Below, piece after piece: positions 61,950-64,000 of a DNA stretch of 64,000 nt; position 1 is the stretch's first letter, and each line of letters starts with the position of its first letter. The stretch covers positions 62,001 through 126,000 of the forward strand of contig NW_027191456.1 of assembly GCF_011745625.1 (NCBI RefSeq), given 5' to 3'. Source of the stretch: Cladosporium halotolerans. Its lineage: Eukaryota. Under the pieces are notes generated by a model, which worked only from the letters and a program-made list of their open reading frames with translations, had not been told where the DNA came from and did no database searches. The position numbers and the translations under genes were made by a program.

Positions 61950-63630
61950 TCAAACCTTCTCCCCCTCCCCCCTCCCCTCATCAACGCTCTTCTTCCCCAA
62001 AACCTCATCCCGCGTCTCATCGCTCAGCTTCAAATCCTCCTCCAGGCTGACCGTGTCCTTGATCGTCATCAACATCACAGGAAGCGCGATGACCAGGCTG
62101 CCCGCCAGCAGCGCCCAGCTGGAAGCGAACATGTTGATATAGGGGATGCCCAGGCCGTCGAGGCGCCAGATGATGGCCGCGCCGGCGGACTGGATGCCCT
62201 TGTAGAAGCCGGAGTAGTTGGCGAGCTTGCGGCTGTTGTTGGTCATCGCGCCCATGAACCAGTACACGCTGCACTGCCAGGCGGCGTCGTAGAAGCCCTG
62301 TTGGCGTGGGAGTTAGTTTGGGCTTCTTTGCGTCTTCTTTTCTTTTTTTTTTGGGGAGGGGATGGGTTGGGGGGAAATCTTACGTAGAAGATCATGAGGA
62401 ACATGGGCCCGATGAAGCCGGAGGAAGTCCAGTCGAGCTTCTGGTAGTCGTCGGAAGGGTCGTCGGGCGTGTCGGCGCCGCGGTTGACCTCGGCGCGCGT
62501 GTAGCCCTTCTGGAAAGCGTAGCCGCCGCCCCAGATGGCGAAGGTGAGGACGAACAGCGCGACCCAGCAGGCCTTCGCGCGCACGGTGCGGCGGACGCTC
62601 TTGAGGTCGAGGAAGAAGCCGAAGATCATGGCGCCCCAGATCTGGGCGAGCCAGTACAGGACGGAGTTGAGGGAGCGGGTGCGGGTGTTGAACTCGGCCA
62701 GGTTGACGCCGTTGAAGTGGTAGGTGTAGAACCAGTTGGAGGCGAAGAACATGGGGAAGAGCAGCACGATGTACGGCTCGCTCTTGATCGTCTCCCACAT
62801 GCCGACGAACTCGGTCTTCCACGTCGGGTTCTTCATCAGGATCACGCGGCTGCCGTCGCTGCGGACGACGTTCTTGGCGTCGCAGAGGAACCAGGCGAGG
62901 ATGCCGCCGAGCGCTGTGAGGACGATGAAGCCGATGTAGGTGCCGTCGGAGACGGCGCTGTTGCTGGTCTTGTTGATGTTCTGGCCAAGAGGGACAAGAC
63001 TGCCGATGACACCGCCCATGTTGAAGATCATCCAGAACACGGAGATGTAGCGGCCCTTGTTTTGCTCAGGTGGGTAGGCGAGCATGATTGCGCCCTGGGC
63101 GGCCCACAGCACACCTGCGCAGCAACCGAGCAGGAAGCCAGCGAAGACAATGAAGCCATAGTTCTGGGTGTGGTTGTAGCATAGGTAGGACGCGACGTAG
63201 ATGCAGTATCCGAGTCCACCGAACGACAAAGCCTTCTTGATCCCGAGCCAATTGGCAATGGAGCCGGCGAAGAAGCCGACGACCGAGAAGGTCGCATACA
63301 CGGCGGTGTTGGAGTCGGTGCTGGCTTTCGGATTAACCTGGCCGGCACCACCGAGGCCGTTGACGGCGTTGAACATGCCTGTGAATGGTGTAAGCGTCTG
63401 TCTCACATATCCATCGCGCACACTGTAAACATACCCGGACACAGGAAGCACACGAATGCAACCATGACAAGCTGCACCTGCGGACTGGCGTACCAGGGCA
63501 GCTTGAGAGGACCGATCTTCAATTGCTTGTACCGCCATCCCTTGGGGATCTCGAGAGTTTGTCCTTCCTGACTGGATTCCTCGGGCGATTGAACGCTGTG
63601 CTCGGTCGCGCTCTTCTCCGCGTCCGCCAT
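61950..63630 (-). CDS. UNC-93-like MFS membrane transporter (DUF895), 3 exons
   Basis: PWYASPQVQLVMVAFVCFLCPG|MFNAVNGLGGAG, LWAAQG, LFPMFFASNWFYTY, GFYKGIQSAGAA. Confidence 0.87.
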
Positions 63631-64000
63631 AGTGAGTGTCGCGTGACGTGGGACCAGGTGTATGAGAGGGTGTATCTGCGACGGCGCACTATGCGACGGC
63701 CGAGGTAGGGGATGCGAGATGCGGTGGGTCTATGGAGGAGAGTGATGATGAGAAGAGTCGCGTGCTAGAAGACTACGGCAGCAGTCGCAGTGATGATGTG
63801 GTGGAGGGGATGTGTCGACATATGCGTGCGGCTGAAGACATGGAGAGGAAGTGACAGACTATTTTAAAGGTCAGCCTCTCATTGACTAGCTCTATCTCCC
63901 CAAATAGGCGGCACCCCCTCACACCTCACACAAACGGACAACAGGGTCTGGAGGAGAAGTGTGGAGGAGGGCTCGGGGGGCGGTTGCGGGCAGCGGCCAG

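Overview
Gene-dense eukaryotic DNA from a filamentous ascomycete (Pezizomycotina; a Dothideomycete is my impression only). It has short GT-AG introns with CTRAC branch sites and about 26 protein-coding genes. Housekeeping genes: NCA2 (partial), ERG25, SRPK/SKY1 kinase, GRIP golgin IMH1, HGH1, a Cid1/Cid13-family nucleotidyltransferase, TFIIF-alpha, SEC4 Rab, DAP1, ARP9, LSC2, thiolase, ABC1/UbiB kinase, a hexokinase-like protein and an UNC-93-like MFS transporter. There is one intron-containing tRNA-Ala(AGC). It is followed by an accessory-looking block of a membrane protein, a GT1 glycosyltransferase, a Gly/Ser-rich secreted protein and a thaumatin-like protein. An ion-homeostasis trio consists of a CHR chromate transporter, a CPA2 Na+/H+ antiporter and a divergent ENA Na+-ATPase whose shared promoter has PacC/Crz1-type sites. 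The most unusual signals are: (1) a 560-bp antiporter intron built from ~80-90-bp units arranged as a long fold-back, which is also stop-free and hydrophobic in frame; (2) recurrent local C-rich to G-rich strand-skew flips that override codon usage regardless of gene orientation; (3) a triblock (GGX)n secreted protein. All gene names come from motif recognition by eye. No database searches were run, and exon boundaries are manual.
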